From assembly GCA_902802905.1 (NCBI GenBank), contig CADCNT010000003.1:24354-88353 (forward strand): DNA of 64,000 nucleotides, given 5' to 3'. The DNA is from an uncultured Erysipelotrichaceae bacterium. GTDB taxonomy: Bacteria; Bacillota_I; Bacilli_A; RFN20; CAG-826. How positions within the stretch are numbered: position 1 is the stretch's first letter; each line of letters starts with the position of its first letter. The translations under genes were made by a program, and so were the position numbers. Below the pieces are notes generated by a model. That model saw nothing but the letters and a program-made list of their open reading frames with translations, did no database searches and was not told the origin of the DNA. Below, one piece after another: positions 1-7,768 of the stretch.

Positions 1-1802
1 TCACCTTTGGAACGGGAGCGATGAAATGTACACCTGCTCATGATCCAAATGACTTTAATATTGGTAAAAAATATGGCTTAGAAATGCCAACCATCTTTAA
101 TAAAGATGCCACAATGAATGAGAAGTGCGGCAAATATCAAGGTTTAGACCGCTTTGTCTGTAGAGAAAAGCTCATTGAAGATATCAAGAGTCGTGGAGAC
201 TTTATCAAGCAAGAAAAGATTATTCACGCGGTTGGCCATTCGCAAAGAAATAACTGTGTAGTGGAGCCAATGCTTTCTAAACAATGGTTTGTGAAAATGA
301 AACCACTCGCTGAAGAATCAATCAAAAACCAGCAAGGTAAAGATAGAGTTAATTTTGTTCCTCAAAGATTTGAAAACACCTTCCTTCAATGGATGAATAA
401 CATCGAAGATTGGTGCATATCTCGTCAATTATGGTGGGGACACAGAATTCCTGCCTATTACCATAAGGTAACCGGTGAAGTCGTGGTCAGCGAAAACCCA
501 CCAAAAGATATGGAAAACTATGTCCAAGATAATGATGTCTTAGACACATGGTTCTCTAGTGGTTTATGGCCATTTTCCACAATGGGTTGGCCAGAAAAGA
601 CTGATGATTTAGAAAGGTATTTCCCAACCAGCTGCTTAGTTACAGCATACGATATTATCTTCTTCTGGGTTTCTAGAATGATTTTCCAATCTTTAAATAT
701 TACTCATAGAAAACCATTTGATGATGTAGTTATCCATGGCTTAGTGCGTGACGAACTCGGTAGAAAAATGTCGAAGTCTTTAGGTAACGGAGTAGACCCA
801 ATAGAGGTTATTGATCAATATGGTGTTGATGCACTTAGATATTTCTTAACTACTAACTCCACACCTGGACAAGACATGAGATATATTGAAGAAAAAGTGC
901 AAAGTAGTGCTAATTATTTAAACAAGATTTGGAACTCAGCTCGCTATGTTTTAAGCTCAATTCCAGAAGGATTTGTAGAGGTCAAATTATCTAAAGATAA
1001 TTTATCTAACTTAGATAAGTGGCTCCTTAATCGTTTGATGATCACTATTAAGAATGTTACTAACAACATGGAGAAATATGATTTCAACGCTGCTAGTAAC
1101 CACTTATATAACTTTGTTTATGATGATTTCTGCTCACAATATTTAGAGATGAGTAAGGTTAAATTAAACGAAGAAGGATTATCACGTGATGTCACACGTA
1201 CCGTCTTATTAAAAACGCTTAAAACTATCATTCTTCTTATTTACCCATACACCCCATTTATTGCTGAAGAATTATACTTAAATCTACCAAACCACTTAGA
1301 AAGTGTAATGCTTGAAAGTTATCCAAAAGTGGAGAAAGAATTCTTGAGTGAAGACGGCAAAGAAGAAATGGATTTAATCTTTGATATCATTAGAGAAGTC
1401 CGTAACTATAAAATAGTTAATTCTTTGGCTCCTAACGCTAAACTTGGATTAAGTATCAATCTAAAGATTATAGTTAGTAGTGACTTTGCTTTATTAGTAA
1501 AAAGATTTACATTCTCTGATTTTGATATAGTGGATGATATGTCTTCTTTAAAAGGCGAATTATTCACATTTGACTATGGTTCAATGATGATCACCTCTGG
1601 AGTCAATAAAGATGAAATGAAAGAGAAATTAGAAAAAGAAATTGCTTTCGACAAGAGCGCAATTGCTCGTTCTGAAAACATGCTCAACAATCCAAACTTC
1701 ATCGCTAAAGCTCCAAAAGAAAAGGTGGAAAGTGAGAAAGCAAAACTCGAGCTTCACCTTGCTAAACTTAAAGAACTTGAAGAAAAGTTAAAAAATATTT
1801 AA
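1..1802 (+). CDS. valS: Valine--tRNA ligase, 3' portion (5' end lies outside the window)
   Basis: The frame is open to the window start (codons from nt 3: TFGTGAMKCTPAHDPNDF). KMSKS motif (RKMSKSLGN) is present. C-terminal coiled-coil tail is typical of ValRS. Confidence 0.95.
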   Translation, partial: TFGTGAMKCTPAHDPNDFNIGKKYGLEMPTIFNKDATMNEKCGKYQGLDRFVCREKLIEDIKSRGDFIKQEKIIHAVGHSQRNNCVVEPMLSKQWFVKMKPLAEESIKNQQGKDRVNFVPQRFENTFLQWMNNIEDWCISRQLWWGHRIPAYYHKVTGEVVVSENPPKDMENYVQDNDVLDTWFSSGLWPFSTMGWPEKTDDLERYFPTSCLVTAYDIIFFWVSRMIFQSLNITHRKPFDDVVIHGLVRDELGRKMSKSLGNGVDPIEVIDQYGVDALRYFLTTNSTPGQDMRYIEEKVQSSANYLNKIWNSARYVLSSIPEGFVEVKLSKDNLSNLDKWLLNRLMITIKNVTNNMEKYDFNAASNHLYNFVYDDFCSQYLEMSKVKLNEEGLSRDVTRTVLLKTLKTIILLIYPYTPFIAEELYLNLPNHLESVMLESYPKVEKEFLSEDGKEEMDLIFDIIREVRNYKIVNSLAPNAKLGLSINLKIIVSSDFALLVKRFTFSDFDIVDDMSSLKGELFTFDYGSMMITSGVNKDEMKEKLEKEIAFDKSAIARSENMLNNPNFIAKAPKEKVESEKAKLELHLAKLKELEEKLKNI

Positions 1803-1808
1803 TCAGTT

Positions 1809-1836
1809 AGACCTGCATTGCAGGTCTTTCTTTTTT
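1809..1836 (+). terminator. Rho-independent terminator of valS
   Basis: Hairpin AGACCTGC-ATT-GCAGGTCT followed by TTCTTTTTT, 7 nt after the valS stop. Confidence 0.75.
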
Positions 1837-1842
1837 CTAATT

Positions 1843-1904
1843 CACTTTTGAAAAATTTTTTAGCAAATTTTGAAAAAAATCGCCTCTTTATTATATGAGG
1901 GGGG
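1843..1904 (+). promoter_or_regulatory. Conserved promoter-like element, copy A (partner at 52439-52499 on the minus strand)
   Basis: About 60 nt nearly identical to the reverse complement of 52439-52499, with a ~42-nt identical core. It contains TTTTGAAAAA twice at 22-bp spacing (1846-1855, 1868-1877), TTGAAA (1870-1875), a 16-nt spacer and TATATG (1892-1897). Confidence 0.5.
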
Positions 1905-1973
1905 AATTCTATCCTCGATTATTATTGGCATTGTGAAACTCCTTATAAATTCTCCCCTCAGGAGGTACAAAAA

Positions 1974-2156
1974 ATGAAATATGAATTACTTTCTGAACAA
2001 GAAATGGAAAATCAAGTTAGTGGTGAAGCCTTAACTTTAACCGCAGTGATGGCGGTACTTGCGACAGCGATTATTGCCGTCATTGTCTATCGTATGTTCA
2101 TGTCTGACAAAGGGAGCGCAACCGTTCCTGGTGGTTGGAAATTCTCTTGGAATTAA
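1974..2156 (+). CDS. Small membrane-active peptide/protein with a double-glycine-like leader (60 aa)
   Basis: Strong SD AGGAGG lies 8 nt upstream of the ATG. The N-terminus MKYELLSEQEMENQVSG resembles an LSxxELxxIxGG leader. It has one hydrophobic helix and a GGWKFSWN tail. Its stop overlaps the radC ATG (TAATG). Confidence 0.6.
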   Translation: MKYELLSEQEMENQVSGEALTLTAVMAVLATAIIAVIVYRMFMSDKGSATVPGGWKFSWN

Positions 2157-2833
2157 TGGGCATTATTAAATCATTGCCTACACTTGAGCGCCCACGCGAA
2201 AAGGCGCTCAGGTATGGTTTAGATGAATTGAGCGATTATGAACTATTAGCGATCCTTCTTGGCAGTGGTTATAAAGGGGAAAATGTCATGGAGCTCGCCT
2301 TTAGTTTACTAAGTAAATATGGGGGATTAGAAAATCTAACAAACATACCTTTTTCAGAACTAAAAAAGAACAAAGGAATTAAAAATGCGAAAGCGCTTAA
2401 TCTAGAAGCGATATTCGAATTTCATCGACGCTTACTATTTAAAAAGTATGAGCAAAATGATGAAATAATTGATGCAGAGTATTTATTTAATAAATACTTT
2501 CCTATATTTGGGAGAGCAAATCAGGAGCAAATTGTCATCGTTATTTTGTCTAAATATAAAAAGATAATTCATGAGTCAATTCTTTTCAAAGGCGGTGAAG
2601 ATGGGGTTCAGATTTCTCTTAGTGAGATTATTAAAGAAGTGATGTCTTATGGGGGCAAATATTTCTATCTGATTCATAACCATCCAAATGGCAGTCACGA
2701 GCCTAGTAAACAAGACACAATGGCCACTAGTTATCTCTTTGCTGAGAGTCGAAGAATGAAGATTCCAATGTTAGATCACATCATCATATCTATAAATGGG
2801 TATTATTCATTTAAAAAAATGAAAAAAACTTAG
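2156..2833 (+). CDS. radC: RadC-family JAB/MPN domain protein
   Basis: N-terminal LERPREKALRYG and an HNHPNGSHEPSKQD JAMM-like motif. The start is placed at ATG 2156 (MGIIKSL...), with an alternative in-frame ATG at 2135. Position between valS and rplU matches Bacillus. Confidence 0.85.
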   Translation: MGIIKSLPTLERPREKALRYGLDELSDYELLAILLGSGYKGENVMELAFSLLSKYGGLENLTNIPFSELKKNKGIKNAKALNLEAIFEFHRRLLFKKYEQNDEIIDAEYLFNKYFPIFGRANQEQIVIVILSKYKKIIHESILFKGGEDGVQISLSEIIKEVMSYGGKYFYLIHNHPNGSHEPSKQDTMATSYLFAESRRMKIPMLDHIIISINGYYSFKKMKKT

Positions 2834-2841
2834 ATTTCTTG

Positions 2842-2981
2842 TTGAACTATATTTATAACTTATGTTATATTACTCACGTTGTCGCCTCACTAGCTACAAC
2901 CGCCTAGAAAAGGTTTTATAAAAACCTATGGTTACCTTAATAGCGAGTCCTTAGTGAATTTTAAAAAGAAGGAGGGACATT
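2842..2981 (+). promoter_or_regulatory. rplU operon promoter plus ~100-nt structured leader (possible L21-leader type autoregulatory RNA)
   Basis: TTGAAC (2842-2847), 18-nt spacer, extended -10 TGtTATATT (2863-2871). The leader has a local hairpin AGGTTTT-ATA-AAAACCT and long-range TCACTA/TAGTGA complementarity. Firmicutes carry an L21 leader at this position. Confidence 0.4.
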
Positions 2982-3290
2982 ATGTACGCAATCATCGAAA
3001 CTGGTGGAAAACAAATTCGCGTAGAAGTCGGCGCTAAAATTTTCGTTGAAAAGTTAGACGCTGAAGTTGGTTCAACTGTCACCTTAGACAAAGTTCTCCT
3101 CGTTTGTGACAAAAAAGCAAAAGTCGGAACCCCTTATGTTAAAGGCGCAAATGTAGTTGCTAAAGTTGAAAAACAAGGTAAATCCAAAAAAATTCGTGTT
3201 TTCACCTATAAGAATAAGGCTAACGAAAAACGCTGCTTAGGCCATCGTCAACCTTATACATGTTTAGTCATTGAAAGCATTAACGCTTAA
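2982..3290 (+). CDS. rplU: 50S ribosomal protein bL21
   Basis: [17 protein letters not shown]... is a typical L21 N-terminus. SD GGAGGG lies upstream. Confidence 0.95.
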   Translation: MYAIIETGGKQIRVEVGAKIFVEKLDAEVGSTVTLDKVLLVCDKKAKVGTPYVKGANVVAKVEKQGKSKKIRVFTYKNKANEKRCLGHRQPYTCLVIESINA

Positions 3291-3298
3291 TTGTAACT

Positions 3299-3607
3299 AT
3301 GATTAAAGTAGTTATCAAAAGAGACGAATCCACTGACAAAATTACTTCAATAGAGGTTAAAGGTCACGCTCACAAAGATGCCTATGGCAAAGATCTAGTC
3401 TGTGCTGCTATAAGCGCCATCATGACTGGAGGAATGAACGCCTTAGTTGATAAAGATTATCGCTTCATTCTCGAGGAAGGTCATGCCCTAGTGGAAGCCC
3501 TAGATATCCCAAGTGATTATGACGCAGTTGTCTTAAAGACAATTGAGATTCAATTAAAAACCGTTGAAGAAGCTGAAAAGGATTTCGTCCAAGTCAAGAA
3601 TTTATAG
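3299..3607 (+). CDS. prp: Ribosomal-processing cysteine protease Prp (YsxB family)
   Basis: Sits between rplU and rpmA. GHAH...DLVCAAISA motif (His/Cys dyad). Confidence 0.85.
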   Translation: MIKVVIKRDESTDKITSIEVKGHAHKDAYGKDLVCAAISAIMTGGMNALVDKDYRFILEEGHALVEALDIPSDYDAVVLKTIEIQLKTVEEAEKDFVQVKNL

Positions 3608-3612
3608 AAAGG

Positions 3613-3909
3613 ATGAATCACATTATGATGTTTAAATTAAACTTACAACTCTTCGCTTCTAAAAAAGGTGTTGGTTCTACTAAAAACGGTCGTGACTCTG
3701 CTGGTCGTAGGTTAGGTGCTAAAGTTGCTGATGGTCAATGGTGCCATGCTGGTAGCATTATCTATCGTCAAAGAGGTACAAGAATCTATCCAGGAGAAAA
3801 TACCAAGAGAGGCAAAGATGACACAATCTTTGCAACCGCTAACGGTATTGTCAAATACGAACGTTTAGGTAAAGACCGCAAACAAGTGAGAGTTATTGCT
3901 GATAAATAA
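3613..3909 (+). CDS. rpmA: 50S ribosomal protein bL27 with N-terminal propeptide
   Basis: [23 protein letters not shown] matches the Firmicutes L27 propeptide and Prp cleavage site. The true start may be ATG 3625 or 3628 rather than 3613. Confidence 0.9.
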   Translation: MNHIMMFKLNLQLFASKKGVGSTKNGRDSAGRRLGAKVADGQWCHAGSIIYRQRGTRIYPGENTKRGKDDTIFATANGIVKYERLGKDRKQVRVIADK

Positions 3910-3932
3910 TAGTTATCGCAAAATTCACAAAT

Positions 3933-3961
3933 AGACCACATTAAATTGTGGTCTTTTTTTA
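3933..3961 (+). terminator. Rho-independent terminator of the rplU-prp-rpmA operon
   Basis: AGACCACA-TTAAAT-TGTGGTCT followed by a T7 run. Confidence 0.8.
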
Positions 3962-3985
3962 TATTTTATTATAAAATATCCGTGT

Positions 3986-5263
3986 ATGTTTATTGACCGT
4001 GCTGTAATCGAAGTTAGAAGTGGTAAAGGTGGCGACGGAGCCATCGCTTTTAGACGCGAAAAATATGTACCTAAAGGTGGACCTGCTGGCGGTAACGGAG
4101 GACGTGGTGCTTCCATCATTTTAAAAGCGAACAGCAAGATCAATACATTGTTCAATTTCCGCCACTCCAAATGCTTCATCGGACCAGATGGAGAAAAAGG
4201 TGGTATCAAAAATCAATATGGACGTCATAGTGATGACATCATCGTTGAAGTTCCTGTCGGCACAATGGTGTTTGAAGAAAAAGATCACAAGTTTCTTGGC
4301 GACTTATCTGTTGACGGCATGACCCTAAAAGTTGCTAAAGGTGGAAGAGGTGGAAGAGGTAACACTTGTTTTAAAAGTTCCACAAATCGAGTTCCACGTA
4401 TTGCTGAAAACGGAGAGCCAGGAGAAACTAAACGTTTAATTTTAGAATTAAAATTACTCGCTGATGTTGGTTTAGTAGGTTTCCCAAGTGTTGGTAAATC
4501 CACGCTTTTATCTGTAGTTACTTCCGCAAAGCCAGAAATAGCTGATTATCCATTTACTACAATCATTCCAAATCTTGGTGTGGTCTATGTTAAAGATGGT
4601 AGAAGCTTTGTGCTAGCGGATTTACCAGGAATTATTGAGGGCGCTCATTTAGGAAAAGGTTTAGGCTTACAATTCCTACGCCATATTGAAAGATGTCGAA
4701 TCATCGTCCATGTTGTGGATATGTCAGAAAATGGAAGAGATCCAGTTGAAGATTACAAAGTAATTCAAAAAGAATTAAAAGAATACGGGTTTGGATTAGA
4801 TAAAAGACCTGTAATTGTAGTAGCTAGCAAAATGGATGAAGAAGGTTCTTTAGAAAGATTAAAAGCTTTCGAGAAGAAAACTAAAGTTAAATGCATCCAA
4901 GTTTCAGCTTTAACTGAAGAAGGCTTGGATGAACTTATTTATAAATGTGCTGATTTATTAGATCAAACTCCTGCGTTCCCATTATTCGATAAAGATGAAG
5001 AAGTGCTTGAAAATAAAGTTTATGAGCTTCCTGAAGAAGAAAACGAATTTGAAATCAAACATCCAACAAGCAATACTTGGGTTATCACTGGGGATAAAAT
5101 CATCAAGTTTTATCGCATGACAAACATCTCTACTGATGATGGCATGATGAAATTATTAACAAAGTTAAGAAAATTAAGAATCGATGATAAATTAGAAGAA
5201 ATGGGGGCAAAAGATGGGGATCTCGTCTATTTAGATGACTTCACTTTTGAGTATTATCGTTAA
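3986..5263 (+). CDS. obg: GTPase Obg/CgtA
   Basis: MFIDRAVIEVRSGKGGDG glycine-rich Obg fold, G1 GFPSVGKST, and a C-terminal Obg_CT-like domain. Confidence 0.95.
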   Translation: MFIDRAVIEVRSGKGGDGAIAFRREKYVPKGGPAGGNGGRGASIILKANSKINTLFNFRHSKCFIGPDGEKGGIKNQYGRHSDDIIVEVPVGTMVFEEKDHKFLGDLSVDGMTLKVAKGGRGGRGNTCFKSSTNRVPRIAENGEPGETKRLILELKLLADVGLVGFPSVGKSTLLSVVTSAKPEIADYPFTTIIPNLGVVYVKDGRSFVLADLPGIIEGAHLGKGLGLQFLRHIERCRIIVHVVDMSENGRDPVEDYKVIQKELKEYGFGLDKRPVIVVASKMDEEGSLERLKAFEKKTKVKCIQVSALTEEGLDELIYKCADLLDQTPAFPLFDKDEEVLENKVYELPEEENEFEIKHPTSNTWVITGDKIIKFYRMTNISTDDGMMKLLTKLRKLRIDDKLEEMGAKDGDLVYLDDFTFEYYR

Positions 5264-5265
5264 TT

Positions 5266-6003
5266 ATGAAATTAGAAGAATACCTCAAGGTAATTGAAAA
5301 ATTCTGCGCTGATTATTTAGTAAAGAACAACATGAAGCAATATGTTCTCGGCCTTTCTGGTGGAGTTGATTCTTCTTTGGTGACCGCTATTTTAAGAAAT
5401 GCAGTGGGAAAAGATAAATTAACTTGCATCATGATTCCGATTGATTCTCATCCAAGTGATTTAGAAGATGCTCTCGATTTAGTCAAACAACTAGATTTAA
5501 ATTACATCATCATTGATGGCAGTGAATCATTTCATAAAACCGTTGAGCAATTTACTTCTCAAGGTATCGAATTAGATAGAGGCACACTCTCTAATTTAAA
5601 AGTTAGAATTAGAATGACCGTTTTATACGCTTACGCTCAAAAAGTGGGCGGATTAGTGGTTGGCACTGACAATATGGATGAGAGATATACCGGTTACTTC
5701 ACTAAATATGGTGATGGCGCTGCTGATATCTTACCAATTGTCTATCTCACCAAAGGTGAAGTGGTGCAGGCTTGCAAAATGTATGGAGTATCCAAGCGTT
5801 TAGCGGAACGTACTCCAACCGCAGGCTTATTTGAAGGACAAACTGATGAAGGTGAAATGGGCGTTAAATACGCTGATTTAGATAGATATCTATTAGGCGG
5901 AGAAATCGACGAGACTAGCAGAGCTAGAATTGAACATCTCCATCGTATAAGCGAACACAAGCGCGCTCCAATCCCAACTCCAGAGGAATTTAAAAGAGAT
6001 TAA
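5266..6003 (+). CDS. nadE: NH3-dependent NAD+ synthetase
   Basis: SGGVDSS PP-loop motif; ~245 aa; typical NadE C-terminus. Confidence 0.9.
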   Translation: MKLEEYLKVIEKFCADYLVKNNMKQYVLGLSGGVDSSLVTAILRNAVGKDKLTCIMIPIDSHPSDLEDALDLVKQLDLNYIIIDGSESFHKTVEQFTSQGIELDRGTLSNLKVRIRMTVLYAYAQKVGGLVVGTDNMDERYTGYFTKYGDGAADILPIVYLTKGEVVQACKMYGVSKRLAERTPTAGLFEGQTDEGEMGVKYADLDRYLLGGEIDETSRARIEHLHRISEHKRAPIPTPEEFKRD

Positions 6004-6092
6004 TGAAAAAATTTGATATTGCATTTTTTTCTGGAGTATTAGCATCGGTTATTGCATTAGCAATACTGGTGGTATTTGTTTTGATTTATTAG
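6003..6092 (+). CDS. Candidate 29-aa hydrophobic mini-protein (MKKFDIAFFSGVLASVIALAILVVFVLIY)
   Basis: Not in the ORF track because it is below the length cutoff. Its ATG overlaps the nadE stop (TAATG). It has a single predicted TM helix. Its stop TAG is embedded in the ruvA SD (TAGGAGGG). Confidence 0.3.
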   Translation: MKKFDIAFFSGVLASVIALAILVVFVLIY

Positions 6093-6101
6093 GAGGGACA
6101 T

Positions 6102-6653
6102 ATGATTTATTTTTTAAGAGGAGTTATCCATCAAGTTAATTCTGATAGCGTCATTATTGACGTAAGAGACGTCGGCTATGAAGTTTTAGTGTCCCATATT
6201 GATGCTTATGAAGTGGGACAAAATGTACTTTTATATACATATAATGTCGTTAGAGAAGACGAGAATTATTTAATCGGCTTCATGGACATCGAAGAAAGAA
6301 ATGTTTTCATGTCTTTAATAAAAGTCAAAGGTCTTGGACCAAAGACTGTGATTAATGCATTAAGTGCAACCACACCACAAGATGTGATTAACGCGATTAG
6401 TTCCAATAATGTCGCTTTCTTAAAGAAGCTTCCTGGACTTGGTGCTAAAGCTGCCGGACAAATCATTTTGGACTTAAAAGGTGAACTTACCGGTTCTAAG
6501 GGTAATCCAAAACAATATGAAGAAGTGTATGATGCTTTAAAATCTTTAGGTTTTAAAGGAGCGGCGATTGATCGTGTTTTAGCCACCATTAATGAGCCAA
6601 ATGCTTCTACTGAAGATATATTAAGAATCGCTTTAAGCAGGTTAAAGAAATAA
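6102..6653 (+). CDS. ruvA: Holliday junction DNA helicase subunit RuvA
   Basis: MIYFLRGVI... N-terminus and HhH motifs ([17 protein letters not shown]). Confidence 0.93.
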   Translation: MIYFLRGVIHQVNSDSVIIDVRDVGYEVLVSHIDAYEVGQNVLLYTYNVVREDENYLIGFMDIEERNVFMSLIKVKGLGPKTVINALSATTPQDVINAISSNNVAFLKKLPGLGAKAAGQIILDLKGELTGSKGNPKQYEEVYDALKSLGFKGAAIDRVLATINEPNASTEDILRIALSRLKK

Positions 6654-6654
6654 C

Positions 6655-7659
6655 ATGAGTAGATTATTAGATGCAAAGCCAGATAAAGAAGAACAACTAG
6701 ATAACTCGCTTAGACCTTTAACTCTAAAAGAGTATGTCGGACAAACAGATTTGAAAGAGAATCTGAAAGTTTTTATTGGGGCTGCGCTTCATAGAGAAGA
6801 GCCACTTGACCATGTTTTACTATATGGTCCTCCAGGATTAGGAAAGACCACATTAGCGCATGTCATCGCCCATGAAATGGGCACTAATATTAGAGTGGTC
6901 ACCGGTACCACAATTGAAAAAACCGGTGATTTAGCCGCGATATTATCAGAATTAGAGCCGGGTGATGTTCTTTTCATTGATGAAATTCATCGTTTACCAC
7001 GAGTGGTAGAAGAATCTTTGTACTCCGCAATGGAGGATTTTAGATTTGATATCATCATCAATAAAGACACTTCAAGCAAATCGCTAAGTATCAATTTACC
7101 ACCTTTCACTCTTATAGGCGCAACCACAAGAGCAGGTGATCTTAGCGCACCATTGCGTGCTCGATTCGGTATTGTCGAAAAGCTTAATTTCTACACAGTT
7201 GATGAAATCAAAGATATCGTCAAAAGAACCGCTCGTGTGTTAAATACGAAGATTGATGAAGAAGCAGAATTAGAGATTGCCAAACGTAGTAGAGGCACAC
7301 CAAGAATTGCTAATCGCTTATTTAAACGTGTGCGTGATTTTGCTAACTATCAACACCGCGACGATATTTCTTATAGTGATGCAATTAACGCTTTAAATGC
7401 ATTAAAAGTAGACTCTATCGGCTTAGATGATGTCGATATTCGTTACTTATTGACACTCATCAACCGTTTCAAAGGTGGACCAGTTGGTCTAGATACTTTA
7501 GCTAACGCCATCGGCGAAGAAATAATGAATTTAGAAGATGTTTATGAGCCATATTTATTACAGATCGGGTTCATAGATCGTACTCCTCGAGGTAGGGTGG
7601 CTCGAGAGAAAGCATATAAACACCTAAACATCACTCACCAAATTAGTTTGATTGATTAG
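6655..7659 (+). CDS. ruvB: Holliday junction DNA helicase RuvB
   Basis: [12 protein letters not shown] and Walker [12 protein letters not shown]; AAA+ RuvB layout. Confidence 0.96.
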   Translation: MSRLLDAKPDKEEQLDNSLRPLTLKEYVGQTDLKENLKVFIGAALHREEPLDHVLLYGPPGLGKTTLAHVIAHEMGTNIRVVTGTTIEKTGDLAAILSELEPGDVLFIDEIHRLPRVVEESLYSAMEDFRFDIIINKDTSSKSLSINLPPFTLIGATTRAGDLSAPLRARFGIVEKLNFYTVDEIKDIVKRTARVLNTKIDEEAELEIAKRSRGTPRIANRLFKRVRDFANYQHRDDISYSDAINALNALKVDSIGLDDVDIRYLLTLINRFKGGPVGLDTLANAIGEEIMNLEDVYEPYLLQIGFIDRTPRGRVAREKAYKHLNITHQISLID

Positions 7660-7768
7660 TGCATACACGTGTGCGCAATAATTTATTGAAATAAATTGGC
7701 GATTGTTGTATTTTATTTAATAGCGCGTAAACGCAGGATGATTTAGAAAGTACTGGAGGTATTCAGTT

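Noticed and set aside
1895-1936. 13-codon upstream ORF (MRGEFYPRLLLAL) starting inside the conserved element, considered as a possible leader peptide.
   Set aside because: It has no SD. In copy B of the element the same ATG is followed immediately by TAG, so the reading frame is not conserved between the two copies.
3925-4209. Antisense and alternate-frame ORFs from the track that lie inside well-supported genes. Examples: 3925-4209, 4285-4503, 5742-5960, 6266-6676, 8175-8390, 13211-13687, 13527-13889, 16623-17057, 32806-33174, 34068-34394, 45785-46090, 54606-54920, 55287-55628.
   Set aside because: Each is fully embedded in a gene with strong family motifs on the other strand or frame. They lack an SD, and their translations are low-complexity (P/S/L-rich or K-rich) shadows typical of the reverse frames of AT-rich coding DNA.
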